From the IMG/VR virus record IMGVR_UViG_3300025769_000084: a stretch of DNA of 64,000 bases. One strand, written 5' to 3'. The translations under genes were made by a program, and so were the position numbers. Below are positions 45,059 to 55,585 of this stretch, one piece after another (positions within the stretch are counted from its first letter, which is position 1; each line of letters begins with the position of its first letter). The stretch is from an uncultured virus (IMG/VR IMGVR_UViG_3300025769_000084). Taxonomy: Duplodnaviria > Heunggongvirae > Uroviricota > Caudoviricetes. A model generated the notes under the pieces. The model saw nothing but the letters and a program-made list of their open reading frames with translations, was not told the origin of the DNA and did no database searches.

Positions 45059-46206
45059 AGCTCTGCGTCTACTGTTGCAATGGTTGTCGTTTGACCCGCC
45101 GTACCAGTTACGTAAAAACTTGCAGGGCTGTTAGAGGTTAGGCCAGAGTAACTGGCACCACCTACTCTAAATGATTGAGCAGTAATAACTTCGACATTAT
45201 TATTACCTGTCGATGAAGGATAACTGCCACCGGCTGTTAAAAATGTTAATTGACCAGTGCTTTGTCCAGCTGCAGACAAGGTTACAGTACCTGGAATAGC
45301 TCGTTTTACAGTCCTATATCGAATCGAAACTGCTGCGGCGCTTGATGAATATGCATATCCCATGAAGGCTTCACTTCTCCCACCTATCACTTCATAGTAT
45401 CTCTCACACCTAGCAAGCTCACTGGCGTAGCTTCTGTGCTCAAATGCTGTGGCGACTTCGCCAACTTCTAGCTGGACGCCGGTCATGTACCACTCATTAC
45501 TTGCATTATCAAAGAGATTTACTTGGTTTGTTGACGCATGAATTGTCCCACCACCTGCTGCAGTCCAAGTTGACTTGGGAGTGGTAATATCATCAGGACC
45601 ACAAGCCAAATTAAACCTAAGCTCAAAACCAGCGCCATTGTTGTTATCAATAACGTTTAAGTCGTTTCCAATAAACGTAAGTGTTTTCTGCTCCCAAGTG
45701 TTGGAACTTGAAATAGTATATTCGGAGAGAACGTACTTGTCAGCGTCTGACTGAAGAACTTGTACGCTGTAGGCTCCAGTCTTATTAGATTTAACCCAAA
45801 AACTGAGGGTAAAGGATTTTGCTGCTCCAGTCGATCCAAAATTTAACTGTTGTAAATCTTGTGCTTCAATAAGGTACTTAAAGCAAGCATTGTGACTGCC
45901 AGTTGGTGTGCTTGTGGAGGCAACATCAACTTTAAGGCTATTCGCAAACCCGGCGGGGCTATCACTGCTTTGCGTAATAACAGCGGAGTTCCAATTAAAA
46001 GAACTGCCGTTAGCGGCCTGGAACCTATCAAGGGTGTACTGGGAGGTGGTGCCGTGGGTAAAACTTGTTGCACGTTGAGACACTTGCATCGCACCATTGA
46101 TAATCAGGTTGCGATTGCTCAGCTGACCACCGTTAATATCCGTAATCTTGGCATTAACACCGCCGCCACTCGGTGATTCGATATTCGTTACCTTGAGCGT
46201 CGACAT
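45055..46206 (-). CDS. tail fibre / receptor-binding protein with carbohydrate-binding-like domain
   Basis: NRNLIINGAMQVSQR...TGVQLEVG...ELARCERY...DAEL. Confidence 0.8.
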   Translation of the reverse strand: MSTLKVTNIESPSGGGVNAKITDINGGQLSNRNLIINGAMQVSQRATSFTHGTTSQYTLDRFQAANGSSFNWNSAVITQSSDSPAGFANSLKVDVASTSTPTGSHNACFKYLIEAQDLQQLNFGSTGAAKSFTLSFWVKSNKTGAYSVQVLQSDADKYVLSEYTISSSNTWEQKTLTFIGNDLNVIDNNNGAGFELRFNLACGPDDITTPKSTWTAAGGGTIHASTNQVNLFDNASNEWYMTGVQLEVGEVATAFEHRSYASELARCERYYEVIGGRSEAFMGYAYSSSAAAVSIRYRTVKRAIPGTVTLSAAGQSTGQLTFLTAGGSYPSSTGNNNVEVITAQSFRVGGASYSGLTSNSPASFYVTGTAGQTTTIATVDAEL

Positions 46207-46244
46207 CAGTTACCTCTCGTTAGTTTTATTATAAGTTGTTTTAT

Positions 46245-47390
46245 TTAGCAAGCCATCAGAACACACGGCACGCAATAGCTGCCGTCACTGTAAGTCGTTG
46301 AGACAGTGGTGCTAGTCACCTTGGCAATAGTCTTGGAGCGCACGATGTCATCATCCTGCGGTTTTGCCGTTCCATCACCAGCAGACATCAGTAAATCACC
46401 GCGTGCAACGGTTGTGCCCTGTGCAATGCGGATCACAAAGTCACCAGTCATCGCGCAGTAGAAGTCGTTGGTGTAGGTGTCATCGTCATCGTCCCATGCT
46501 TGGAAGACGCCAGACACGTTGACATCACCTTCAACATCGCTGACCTTCATGCGGTTCAGCTGTTCATTGTCTTCCGTTCCAGCTGCAACAGCAGGTGTCT
46601 TTACGTCGCCAATGCTGACACCTTCAGGCAACTCATCCTCCTCGCTGTAAAGCACTGCGTCCTGAGCTTCATAAGCCCATTCGCACATCTCATCAAGGTT
46701 GCTCAGTACAGAACCACGCAAGATTTCAGTGCGCTCTGCACCGCTTGCAAGTTGTGACCAACGAGCTAAGTGACCGCCGTTGTATGAAACAGTGGTGCCA
46801 GAAACTGAGATCGATCCTTCTGTATTACCTTGCGCGTAAAATTCAATTAAATTGCCATCGCTGCCCTGTCTTGCACAAAGAATCGGAGAATTATCTGTCC
46901 TTGTTGTAAACACCCCTCCGGTTACATTTATTCTTGTTCCGTCAGTAGTAACGATATTAGATTCAGTTGTTTTTCCAACGAGCAAATTACCATTACTCGT
47001 GATTCTCATCCGCTCTGCGTTGTTGCACTCAAATTGCAGTGAGTTATCAGAGTGGTCGTACTGAACCGCTCCTGTATTTGTGTCATCTGTATCGCCGAAA
47101 ATTAAACCAGTAAATCCTGATGATGTATTTCCAGTGGTTAAACGTACGTTTGCATTGCCCGAAGCACTTTTTGCATGTAGAAGGTCTACTGGGCTTGTTT
47201 CACCGATGCCCACGCCCGTGCTGGTTTCGACCATGCTGGAAAACTCCAGCTCGCCTGCCGTTCCAGAGTTCTTCAGGAACTGCTCTGCACTGCCGTTGCT
47301 AGTGGGCAGCGTAATTTTGTTACTACCAGCTGCAGCCGGTGCGTCGATTTCAGTAAAGCCTGAGCTGCTTCCGTTAAGTCTTAAGGTCAT
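46245..47390 (-). CDS. tail fibre protein with chaperone-like C-terminus
   Basis: VGIG and ERMRI repeats; GDLLMSAGDG...CVLMAC. Confidence 0.8.
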   Translation of the reverse strand: MTLRLNGSSSGFTEIDAPAAAGSNKITLPTSNGSAEQFLKNSGTAGELEFSSMVETSTGVGIGETSPVDLLHAKSASGNANVRLTTGNTSSGFTGLIFGDTDDTNTGAVQYDHSDNSLQFECNNAERMRITSNGNLLVGKTTESNIVTTDGTRINVTGGVFTTRTDNSPILCARQGSDGNLIEFYAQGNTEGSISVSGTTVSYNGGHLARWSQLASGAERTEILRGSVLSNLDEMCEWAYEAQDAVLYSEEDELPEGVSIGDVKTPAVAAGTEDNEQLNRMKVSDVEGDVNVSGVFQAWDDDDDTYTNDFYCAMTGDFVIRIAQGTTVARGDLLMSAGDGTAKPQDDDIVRSKTIAKVTSTTVSTTYSDGSYCVPCVLMAC

Positions 47391-48397
47391 TCTGCTGCCT
47401 CCAATGCGGCGACTTTAGTCTGTAAAGTTGCAATTTTAGCGTTGGCTTCCTGTAATGCCTTAAGCAATGGAACAATAAGTTTTTTGTAGTGAATACCACG
47501 CAACTCCATCTCACCCTCAACTTCGTCATAGAAACAAAGCTCAGGTGCAATCGGCTCAACATCCTCCGCAATTAAGCCATATTCAAGCTCAGGATTGACT
47601 TCACCCGTATATGCACCCTCTTGATCAGTTAGCTTGTAGTTAAATGAACTAGGTTGAAGCTGATAAATCCAGTCAACATTACTCAAAAGGTTAATATTTA
47701 CCTTTGAGTCCCGAACAGAAGAGATGTAACCAAGCTGACCACCATCTTCAATGAAAACGTCTCTAGTCGTTCCACTGAGAGGCGTACCATAAATTACTTG
47801 AGCTGTAACTCGCCCGTTTGCGGCAATTTTAAATCGCTCGGTGTTATTCGTATCAAATAATAAATCTAGGTTTTCACGCTGTGTGACTCTTGCAGTTCCA
47901 TCAGTTGCAACTTGAAGTTGAAATCCGTCTCCGTCCGACGTTTTTCCTGTTGTGTCATTTGTAAGCTGGATCTGCACACTGCCGCTGCCACCATCGAGAT
48001 GCAACTTACGCTGAGGTGAGACTCCAATGCCAAAATTGCCAGAGCCATCGACTCTGATTCTCTCTGTGCCGTCATCAGAAATTTTGAAAACATTGCCACC
48101 TCTTAACTCAAAACCGCCAGATCCATCAGACAAACGTAGTTGATCTGCGCTGGAATCGATGTGTAGCTTTTTTGACGGGGATGTGGTTCCGATGCCGACA
48201 TTGCCCGAGCTATCAACCTTTGCCCTGGTGCTGCCACCAGTTGAAATATTTACTTCATTTGTACCGAAGAAAAAACCGCTATCGGTATCTGAACTTGAAG
48301 CTATTGCTGGAGCCGCTGCAGTACCAGTAGTTGTTTGTGTCTGGCCGCTTGCTTTTAGTGGAGAGATACCGTCTGTTCCGTCAATAGTAATTGCCAT
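47387..48397 (-). CDS. tail fibre protein with S74-like chaperone
   Basis: GNVGIGTTSP, SS.RDSK.NI, YGLIAEDV, LLKALQE. Confidence 0.85.
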   Translation of the reverse strand: MAITIDGTDGISPLKASGQTQTTTGTAAAPAIASSSDTDSGFFFGTNEVNISTGGSTRAKVDSSGNVGIGTTSPSKKLHIDSSADQLRLSDGSGGFELRGGNVFKISDDGTERIRVDGSGNFGIGVSPQRKLHLDGGSGSVQIQLTNDTTGKTSDGDGFQLQVATDGTARVTQRENLDLLFDTNNTERFKIAANGRVTAQVIYGTPLSGTTRDVFIEDGGQLGYISSVRDSKVNINLLSNVDWIYQLQPSSFNYKLTDQEGAYTGEVNPELEYGLIAEDVEPIAPELCFYDEVEGEMELRGIHYKKLIVPLLKALQEANAKIATLQTKVAALEAAE

Positions 48398-48405
48398 AAT
48401 TTACC

Positions 48406-48900
48406 TCAAATCACGACCCATGAAGAGGAGGACGGAATGGTGACCGTGATTCCTGAATCAATTGTAATTGGTCCTGCACTCATTGCATTCCGGTTCGTAG
48501 GAATAGTGAAATCAGTGTCAACGTTTTGCTCATTCAAGAAGAAAACGTGATTACCAGCACCACCCGTTGCACCGGTGAAGTTCGAGGCTAACTTAGCCTC
48601 AGTAACCGTGCCGTCAGCAGGCGTATTAATATCTACCTGGTCTCCCTGCATAACAGCAAAGAAACTCAAACCGCTTGCAGGTGCAGTGGTAAATGTGATT
48701 TGAGTGTTTGCTACCGTGTAATCGACACTTGGGTTTTGAATAACACCGCCAACAGAGACCAAAAGTTGAGAAGTACTTGCGGGTGCAACTGCAATGCCGC
48801 TTACTTCTAAATCAAATGTGGCGAGTGAGCCGTTGAATGAACCCGAGATGTCATCGATCTCCCGGTTTTGCCCACGGGCTATACCTCTACCGATGTACAT
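48406..48900 (-). CDS. tail fibre adaptor protein
   Basis: DDISGSFNG...GGVIQNP...FTTAP; SAGPITIDSG..VTI C-terminus. Confidence 0.75.
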   Translation of the reverse strand: MYIGRGIARGQNREIDDISGSFNGSLATFDLEVSGIAVAPASTSQLLVSVGGVIQNPSVDYTVANTQITFTTAPASGLSFFAVMQGDQVDINTPADGTVTEAKLASNFTGATGGAGNHVFFLNEQNVDTDFTIPTNRNAMSAGPITIDSGITVTIPSSSSWVVI

Positions 48901-48971
48901 GTGAACTATCTCTTGATCACTTTATTCTAAAGGAGTTAGTCTTTTAACTCAGATGAATCTAGGAAGCCTAA

Positions 48972-50834
48972 TTAGGCGGCCTCCAGAGCGGTAACGCGGG
49001 CCAAAAGATCATCAATTGTGGTCTGCTGTGCAGTGTTCTGCGTTTCAAGCGACTCAATTCTGGTCTGTGCCTCTTGAAGTGCTTTTACAGCCTTCATATA
49101 AAGAACAGAATAATTGATTGCTTTGATGGACTCCATCTGGTTTCCATCTGCGTCTAGAACCGTTTCACCTTCTTTAACGTAAGTTGTTTCGACTAACCCA
49201 GGTGAAACAGATTCGACCTCCTGCGCGATCAAGCCAAGCTGAGTATGCGTTTGTTGTCCGGTGTCTTCTCTGAAGTTGTACTTACGAACCTGCAAAGCCT
49301 TGATGTCGTCCCACTGCGAAGTGGCATCGACAATATTTTCTTTCAGGTTTTGATCTGAAATTGACCCATAAGAGTTATTAGTGTTTTGGACGTTACCGTT
49401 TGTGTAAACCCTGAAAGAGTTAGTTCCACCGGTAAGCTGGGTGGAGCTGTGACGGGCGTAAATAAACGCTTCATTGATGCCAGCGCTTTGTGTGTTTGCA
49501 ATGTCTATGTTAACGGCAGTCGAAAAAGTCGCCCAATCACCAGTTGATAACAACAAAGCCCGTGCAGTGTTTCCAACAACAAATTGAAAACGATCAAGAC
49601 TGTGCAGATAATTTAATTGACCAACATACTCACCAGTTCCTGTAGAACTGTCTGCAAAATACATATGAGCAGTACCGGTATTGGCAATAGTCATGCCATT
49701 AGCTAGTACTAAGTCATTAGCATTAGCGTGATACTCACCAGGGTTTGTAATTCCAATTCCCACGCTGCCACCTGAGTCAAGGCGCATTTTTTCGCTAAAA
49801 CTGCCTTGATTGTGTGGTGTAGCGGCCGTACCAAAAACTATGGAACCCTGATCGTCGTAAGAAAGAGTAGCTTGAGAATCGACTTCAGAGTTAATGTTTA
49901 ATTGGCCCGTTCCTGTGCTTGGCGATCCGTGCTCAATAGTGAGCGAGCCGCCTTTAATGTGAGTTTTACTTGAGGGCGAAGTTAACCCAATACCCACGTT
50001 TCCTGAGCTGTCTATGCGTAAACGCTCCGTCGGACTGCTTGCACCGTCAGCGGTTGTGGCAAATGTAAGCCTCCCTGGCATATCATTACTACCGGGTGTG
50101 TTATCTACTGCTCCATTAATCGATGCCCCAACTGAATTCAAGTCAGTGCCATCCGCACCACACCATTGAATCGTTCCTAAGCTATCTCCGCTGGCAACAA
50201 CTGTGGATGAACCGTCAGATGTTCCTCGCGATTTTGCTAAAGAAATATGAGAAACGTTTCCAGAACTTGCACCTGCATTGGAAATTAAATTAAGAGAGGA
50301 AGTATTAAATCCGGTGCCTTCTACCTGCAATGGAGCAGTAACGTCTCCAGCGGCACGCGCAGTAGTTGTACCCACCAACAGCCGCCCTGAGCCATCAAAT
50401 CTTGCGTGCTCCGACCCGTCACCACCAAAGCCTATGGCTCCTGAACCGGCTCTAAACACCCCAGTGTCAAGGTCCTGGCTGAAGGTAATCGACGGACCTG
50501 CGGCATCGCCATCAGGAAATGCATGCCCAGCTGTGACATAATCAGCCCCGGCAAGAATCACACCGAAGAACGATTGTCCAGCAGCAGGAGCTGAACTAAA
50601 AACAATATTTGTACCAGTGAGTTGAAAACCGTTAGTGCCCGTGCCATCAGGTTCTTGAATGACACCACCGAGAGAAATTAAAACATTTTCAGACGCAACT
50701 GGAAATGGGGCTGGTGTAACACCACCAACCTGAAGAGCAAAAGATGTAGTAGACCCATTAAAACTGCCACTGATGTCGTCAATGCTTTCATATCGACGTT
50801 GAGCTACTTCAGGTGAGTGACCAATATATGGCAT
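48972..50834 (-). CDS. long tail fibre with S74 chaperone
   Basis: DDISGSFNG N-terminus, ERLRIDSSGNVGIG repeats, SDQNLKENI, GLIAQEVE. Confidence 0.88.
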   Translation of the reverse strand: MPYIGHSPEVAQRRYESIDDISGSFNGSTTSFALQVGGVTPAPFPVASENVLISLGGVIQEPDGTGTNGFQLTGTNIVFSSAPAAGQSFFGVILAGADYVTAGHAFPDGDAAGPSITFSQDLDTGVFRAGSGAIGFGGDGSEHARFDGSGRLLVGTTTARAAGDVTAPLQVEGTGFNTSSLNLISNAGASSGNVSHISLAKSRGTSDGSSTVVASGDSLGTIQWCGADGTDLNSVGASINGAVDNTPGSNDMPGRLTFATTADGASSPTERLRIDSSGNVGIGLTSPSSKTHIKGGSLTIEHGSPSTGTGQLNINSEVDSQATLSYDDQGSIVFGTAATPHNQGSFSEKMRLDSGGSVGIGITNPGEYHANANDLVLANGMTIANTGTAHMYFADSSTGTGEYVGQLNYLHSLDRFQFVVGNTARALLLSTGDWATFSTAVNIDIANTQSAGINEAFIYARHSSTQLTGGTNSFRVYTNGNVQNTNNSYGSISDQNLKENIVDATSQWDDIKALQVRKYNFREDTGQQTHTQLGLIAQEVESVSPGLVETTYVKEGETVLDADGNQMESIKAINYSVLYMKAVKALQEAQTRIESLETQNTAQQTTIDDLLARVTALEAA

Positions 50835-50847
50835 GATTTAATTCTAT

Positions 50848-51219
50848 TTATTCTTCTATTGTATTAGGACCTGACGTAGAGGGTACGGTTGGCCATACGA
50901 CATCTTCCGCATTTTCATAAGTTTGCGGAAGATCGCGCAAAAACTGACGATAAGCAGTCCACTGAGCCTGGTCCACTGTGGCGCCTGGGGTCATAGTCCA
51001 GTCAGATTCACGGATGAGAGCATCACGTTTTTGTCGAATCGCTTGCCAAGCGTCCGGTTGATCCGCAGGTAGTGGCGTGTTGCCTTCATGGACCCACGCA
51101 ACATACTGTTGATAGTCAGTGTTAGCGGGGTCAAGTGGAATTGACATGTTTGTGCCAACAATCGTGACGGCACAAGTTGCGCCCTTGGGATCATTTTGAA
51201 GTTTGTACTGTTTGCTCAT
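50848..51219 (-). CDS. tail fibre assembly chaperone
   Basis: IR.KRD.L...SDWT...W.AYRQ.LRDLP...WP. Confidence 0.85.
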   Translation of the reverse strand: MSKQYKLQNDPKGATCAVTIVGTNMSIPLDPANTDYQQYVAWVHEGNTPLPADQPDAWQAIRQKRDALIRESDWTMTPGATVDQAQWTAYRQFLRDLPQTYENAEDVVWPTVPSTSGPNTIEE

Positions 51220-51221
51220 AT

Positions 51222-52307
51222 CTAAAGCTCCGCAGAGAGATCAAGCTTGGCGCTGCTTGTGTTGTTTGCCAATAGCTGATACGGCCTGTACTGAGTAAGG
51301 CCACTGGCGCTTGTGGCGTTAAGAAAAACAGCTTCAGTAGAGCTCATACTCGATACTAAAGAGAGTCCAGTGATCGCTTGGCCACCAGTTATATCATCAG
51401 TTCTTAAATTGCTAAAAGCAACAGTAGGCACTGCTCTCATTTCTGGGCTCAAATCAACCTCGTGGTAAGCATTAGTGCCTGAAATTCCAGTCCCACTGCT
51501 TGGCGCAGGTGCGTATTGTGCGCCTTCACAGAATCGGCGGAAATATCTTTGACATTTAGCAAGCTCATCGCCGTAGATTCTGTGCTCAAACGGTGTTGCG
51601 GTGTTGCCGACTTCTAGCTGGACACCTGTGATGTAAATGTTATTAGCAGTGTTATTGGCAGCATTTACCTGGCCAACAACCCGATTAGCATCAGTCGAAG
51701 CAGCCCAAGATGTGTTCAAAGTTCCACTGGTAAAATTGCTTCCAGCGTAAAAATGTAAATTAACTTCAAGAGATGCAGTGTTGTCATTGGTTATTGCTCC
51801 GCTTGTGTCGCCAGCGTAGGTAAGTGTTTTATGTTCCCAAGTGTTGGCGCTGCTTACGGTATAAGATTTTGAGATTTGTCGGGTATTGTGATTGTCGTAT
51901 ATTTCCGCAATATATGTTCCCGTCACCGATGACTTGATCCAAAAACTTAGAGTCAAGCTTTCGCTAGACGAAGTTCCTTTCTTCAAGCGCTGCAGATTCC
52001 GGCCTTCTATCTTGTGACTTAAAAAGACGTAGCTGTTGCTGCCTCCAGAGGGTACTGTTGTTACATCTGCTTTCCACGAGCTTGCGAATCCCTGCCCAGA
52101 GGGGACATCTGAATCTTGTGAAATAGTGTATGCGCCATCATTTTTTGCAAATTTAAATCTATCTGGCCCACCATATTCATTACCAGCGTTTACAACTGTC
52201 CCACGCTGAGACACCTGCATCGCACCGTTAATAATCAGGTTTCTATTACCAAGCTTGTCAGCAACGCTATCACCAAGCCGCTGCGCATCAATATCAGTCA
52301 ATGCCAT
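51222..52307 (-). CDS. tail fibre / receptor-binding protein, paralog of 45055..46206
   Basis: NRNLIINGAMQVSQR...TGVQLEVG...ELAKCQRY...SAEL. Confidence 0.8.
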   Translation of the reverse strand: MALTDIDAQRLGDSVADKLGNRNLIINGAMQVSQRGTVVNAGNEYGGPDRFKFAKNDGAYTISQDSDVPSGQGFASSWKADVTTVPSGGSNSYVFLSHKIEGRNLQRLKKGTSSSESLTLSFWIKSSVTGTYIAEIYDNHNTRQISKSYTVSSANTWEHKTLTYAGDTSGAITNDNTASLEVNLHFYAGSNFTSGTLNTSWAASTDANRVVGQVNAANNTANNIYITGVQLEVGNTATPFEHRIYGDELAKCQRYFRRFCEGAQYAPAPSSGTGISGTNAYHEVDLSPEMRAVPTVAFSNLRTDDITGGQAITGLSLVSSMSSTEAVFLNATSASGLTQYRPYQLLANNTSSAKLDLSAEL

Positions 52308-52321
52308 TATTAATTACCTCC

Positions 52322-52663
52322 TTAGGTTTGCTCAAGGTAGCTGATGGAAATATCTAACGACGATGCAGTGTCTGCACGTGCTCTAAGGACATCACTGGAT
52401 TCCATGATAATCTTGGAGCCTGAAATAATTTCTAATGAGCCCCCTCCAGGCACTGGTGCATTCCGGATCAAGTACACATCGTCACCAGTGTCAGTAACAA
52501 GATAGATATCTACATCTGCAGAAGTGCCAGTTTTATTTGAAACTAAAATACTCAAAAGGACGTGTGTGGCGGATGCGCCTGCGGTCAACACATTTGTAGC
52601 AGTATTCGTGATGACTGAGGTGACAAGGTCTGCCTTTGTTTGAATTTTAAAAGTGTTTGCCAT
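52322..52663 (-). CDS. virion structural protein
   Basis: MANTFK...SLE...KI...SD.L...S.LEQT pattern, downstream of a gene ending ALG. Confidence 0.7.
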   Translation of the reverse strand: MANTFKIQTKADLVTSVITNTATNVLTAGASATHVLLSILVSNKTGTSADVDIYLVTDTGDDVYLIRNAPVPGGGSLEIISGSKIIMESSDVLRARADTASSLDISISYLEQT

Positions 52664-52664
52664 A

Positions 52665-53069
52665 TCAGCCTAAAGCCACAATTAATGCAAGGTTTTCTGT
52701 TGAATTGATAACCCCGGTGACAGTAAGATCACCCGAAACCGTTACGTTTCCTGGGATAGCAATTGAGCCTGATGAGTCTATTGTAAGTCTAGCAACTCCA
52801 CCGGTCACAAGGCTGATTTGATCAGGCCCACCGCTAATAATACCGGTGTTTGGGTCAGTAGCAAATTTTAAAGCACAGCTAGTTAATGAGCCAGCGGATA
52901 ATTCCGTGTTGGTGCCATCAGCCCTAAGTAAAGGAAAACCTCCGGCAGTGGACCCATCGTGAACTACAGTTGTATTCAGATCGGTGTTGACCGTTACTTC
53001 ACCTGATGCTCCTGTAAAAGCTGATGTCTGTGAGGTTGTACCTCTACGAAATTGTACTTGGGTTGCCAT
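52665..53069 (-). CDS. fibre protein with Mtd/hyaluronidase-like N-terminal domain
   Basis: QVQFRRGT...FTGA.GEVTV.TD...VHDG.TAGG.PL. Confidence 0.8.
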   Translation of the reverse strand: MATQVQFRRGTTSQTSAFTGASGEVTVNTDLNTTVVHDGSTAGGFPLLRADGTNTELSAGSLTSCALKFATDPNTGIISGGPDQISLVTGGVARLTIDSSGSIAIPGNVTVSGDLTVTGVINSTENLALIVALG

Positions 53070-53073
53070 AGCT

Positions 53074-54519
53074 CTATCCTAATGCAACTGCAATTGCGGT
53101 AGCAAAACTCTCTGTGGAAATTGTTCCACTCGAGTCAGGAACCGTCATTGTTCTGGTTTGACCAGACGTGATACCTGAGCACTCAAATGCTAATTTTTTG
53201 TTGTTGTCACTGTTGTCACTAATTCTAAAAGTATTATCTATAAAACCACCGCCGGGAATAGTCGATGCTGATGTAAGAAGGGTTCCATTCTCATCCGGAA
53301 AAGTAAACGTGCGCGTGGTGCTGGCACTAATTGTGCCGCTGTCGAACCTAGCAATTCTGCTGGAATCGCCTGCATCACGAATAGCCAGACCACTGGTCTG
53401 ATCGTCCACAATTAAACCGGTGGTTGTGACCGAAGTGAGGCCTGTGATTGTTGTCGCAGAACCGCCTAGAGCAATGGCTGTGGAACCGACAGTTACTGAA
53501 CTATTGGCAAGCTGTCCGTTTGGAATAGCGCTAGTGCCGAACTCACCTGTACTGTTGTTATAAGTAAGTCCAGATCCAGAAGCAACGCTCAGTGATCCCA
53601 AAAGAACAACAGTTCCACCCGCGTCTGGGAATGTAATAGTTCTATCAGCTGTTGGATTTGTAACTTCAAGTATTGTCTCATGGGCATCAGCACTTGAACC
53701 CTCAAAGCGAATACCCGTGCTGTCTATAAGGATGCCATTAGCAGCGTCAGCAGCTCCAACACGAACGAGGTTAGTGCCTTGTAATTCTAAAGAAGTTAAG
53801 TTAGAAAGACCGGCGATTGTGTTAGACGAAGCGCCTAGAGCAATTGCAGTGGAGCCGACGGTGACAGTACTATTCGCCAAATTAGCGTTGGCAATAGATG
53901 AGGCTGTAGATAGAATCGTGCCTGTTTCATCAGGCAAGGTCAAAGTCCTATCTGCTGTCGGGTTAGCAACAGTTAAAAGTGTTTCAAAATCATCAGCAAC
54001 TGCACCTTCAAAGGTGATGCCCCCAGTGCCAAGAAGGATGCTATTGGCACCACCCGATGTTCCGGCAATAATAGTGGTACCAAGTATAGTTGTCGATGTT
54101 AATGAAGTCAGACCAGCAATTGTTGTTGCTGTGCCTCCTAAAGAAACATTCGTCGAACCAATGGTAAGAGCGCTATTAGCCAGCTGGCTATTTGGAATAG
54201 CGCTGGTTCCAAATTGCCCGCTTGTTGAGTTGTAAGTAAGACCAGATCCGAAAGCAACGCTCAAGTGAGCCCTTACTTCTGCTGCGCTTGGCCCTGTATA
54301 AGTAATAACCCCGGTACCTGAGTTATACGCTAAAGACCCATCGCCACTTACATCTGTAACACTAATCGCACTTCTTGCACGGGCATTTGTGAAGTACTGA
54401 TTACTAGAGCCTTCACTTAGATCATCAGTATCATTGCCCGCTAAATCAAGCTTATCTGAGGAGGTATTTAACTCCTCGAAAAAACCTGAATTTAGGATAA
54501 TTGCCTGTCTTGTTGCCAT
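53074..54519 (-). CDS. repetitive fibre shaft protein
   Basis: internal repeats GSGLTYN..G.FGTSAIPN.QLANS and FEG..AD..ET...NPTADRT. Confidence 0.8.
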   Translation of the reverse strand: MATRQAIILNSGFFEELNTSSDKLDLAGNDTDDLSEGSSNQYFTNARARSAISVTDVSGDGSLAYNSGTGVITYTGPSAAEVRAHLSVAFGSGLTYNSTSGQFGTSAIPNSQLANSALTIGSTNVSLGGTATTIAGLTSLTSTTILGTTIIAGTSGGANSILLGTGGITFEGAVADDFETLLTVANPTADRTLTLPDETGTILSTASSIANANLANSTVTVGSTAIALGASSNTIAGLSNLTSLELQGTNLVRVGAADAANGILIDSTGIRFEGSSADAHETILEVTNPTADRTITFPDAGGTVVLLGSLSVASGSGLTYNNSTGEFGTSAIPNGQLANSSVTVGSTAIALGGSATTITGLTSVTTTGLIVDDQTSGLAIRDAGDSSRIARFDSGTISASTTRTFTFPDENGTLLTSASTIPGGGFIDNTFRISDNSDNNKKLAFECSGITSGQTRTMTVPDSSGTISTESFATAIAVALG

Positions 54520-54593
54520 CTTTGATTTCCTAGCAGCTAACTGTTAGAAGCCAATAGCTGTTCATTCTTTTTATCTTAGCAGCAGTAAAAATG

Positions 54594-55055
54594 CTAGCTA
54601 AGTAAAATAGGTGGTTCGATTTGTATTGCTAAGTTTGCAGTGGTGGCCGCCTCACCAACACGCACAAGATAGTGTCCACTTGCCGTAGGAGGCGTCTTCG
54701 TAATAGCTCCATCGCTTGTCGCGAGAAACATAGGCTCCCCAGCGTCTAAACCCGAAAGTGCTAAAACGCCTACGACTAAACAACGAACTTCTTGACCTGC
54801 AGTCTTCGCGGTTTGTGCAAAACCAACAACTGTTGCCTCATCTCTTGTTCCAGAGGCATTTGCCAAGCCCACCTTACCGTCAGATGCTCTTGCATATAAA
54901 GCGGCCCCTTGCGTCACATCTTCGAAAGCCAATGCACCAAAACCAGCCACTGCGTAGACAGTTCTACCGGACATCGTGGCTTTGAGATCCAAAAGGACAC
55001 CGTTAAGGCCCTCAAAATTAGGTGCGTATGGTCTGTGATCAGTTGTTCCCGACAT
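54594..55055 (-). CDS. capsid-fibre/decoration-like protein, paralog 1
   Basis: FEDV..G.ALY.R.SDGKVG.A...DEA.VVGFA...EPPILLS. Confidence 0.7.
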   Translation of the reverse strand: MSGTTDHRPYAPNFEGLNGVLLDLKATMSGRTVYAVAGFGALAFEDVTQGAALYARASDGKVGLANASGTRDEATVVGFAQTAKTAGQEVRCLVVGVLALSGLDAGEPMFLATSDGAITKTPPTASGHYLVRVGEAATTANLAIQIEPPILLS

Positions 55056-55585
55056 TAGGACAAGAGAATTGGTGGTTCAAGCTGAATTGAAAAATTAGAG
55101 GTTGTAGCGCCTTCTCCAACCCTCGTGACATACTGACCTGCTGTAGAAGGAGCAGTTGTACTTATCTCGCCCGCTGTAGTTGATAAAAAGTAAACATCAC
55201 CAGGATCGATTGCGCTGGGATAATCCAAGAGACCGGCTACCAAAACCTTTACTGTTGCATCAATTGCAGCGGCATCGTCTGCAAATCCTACGACGACAGC
55301 TTCGTCTAATGTCCCGTCAGCTTGTGCTTTACCTACCTTGCCGTCGGACGAACGCATGTAAAGAGCATCACCATCAGCTACGGCCTCAAAAGTAGTTGCA
55401 TCAAAACCGACACGTTCCGGTGCAAAGGTAGGAAAACCATCTTTTAAGTCAATAAGAGCCTCGACTAAGCCCCGATAATTATGATCGTACGGTTGCCTGG
55501 TCAATGTAAACCCATTGGCCGTCATGATATCGATTAAGATATCAATGGCACCGCCTATGTTTGGCTCATACCTCGACATATACAC
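55055..55585 (-). CDS. capsid-fibre/decoration-like protein, paralog 2
   Basis: same pattern and identical EPPILLS end. Confidence 0.7.
   Translation of the reverse strand: MYMSRYEPNIGGAIDILIDIMTANGFTLTRQPYDHNYRGLVEALIDLKDGFPTFAPERVGFDATTFEAVADGDALYMRSSDGKVGKAQADGTLDEAVVVGFADDAAAIDATVKVLVAGLLDYPSAIDPGDVYFLSTTAGEISTTAPSTAGQYVTRVGEGATTSNFSIQLEPPILLS

Noticed and set aside
44885..54519. Diversity-generating retroelement, suggested by the Mtd-like N-terminus and fibre repeats
   Set aside because: No reverse transcriptase and no near-identical TR/VR pair differing only at adenines
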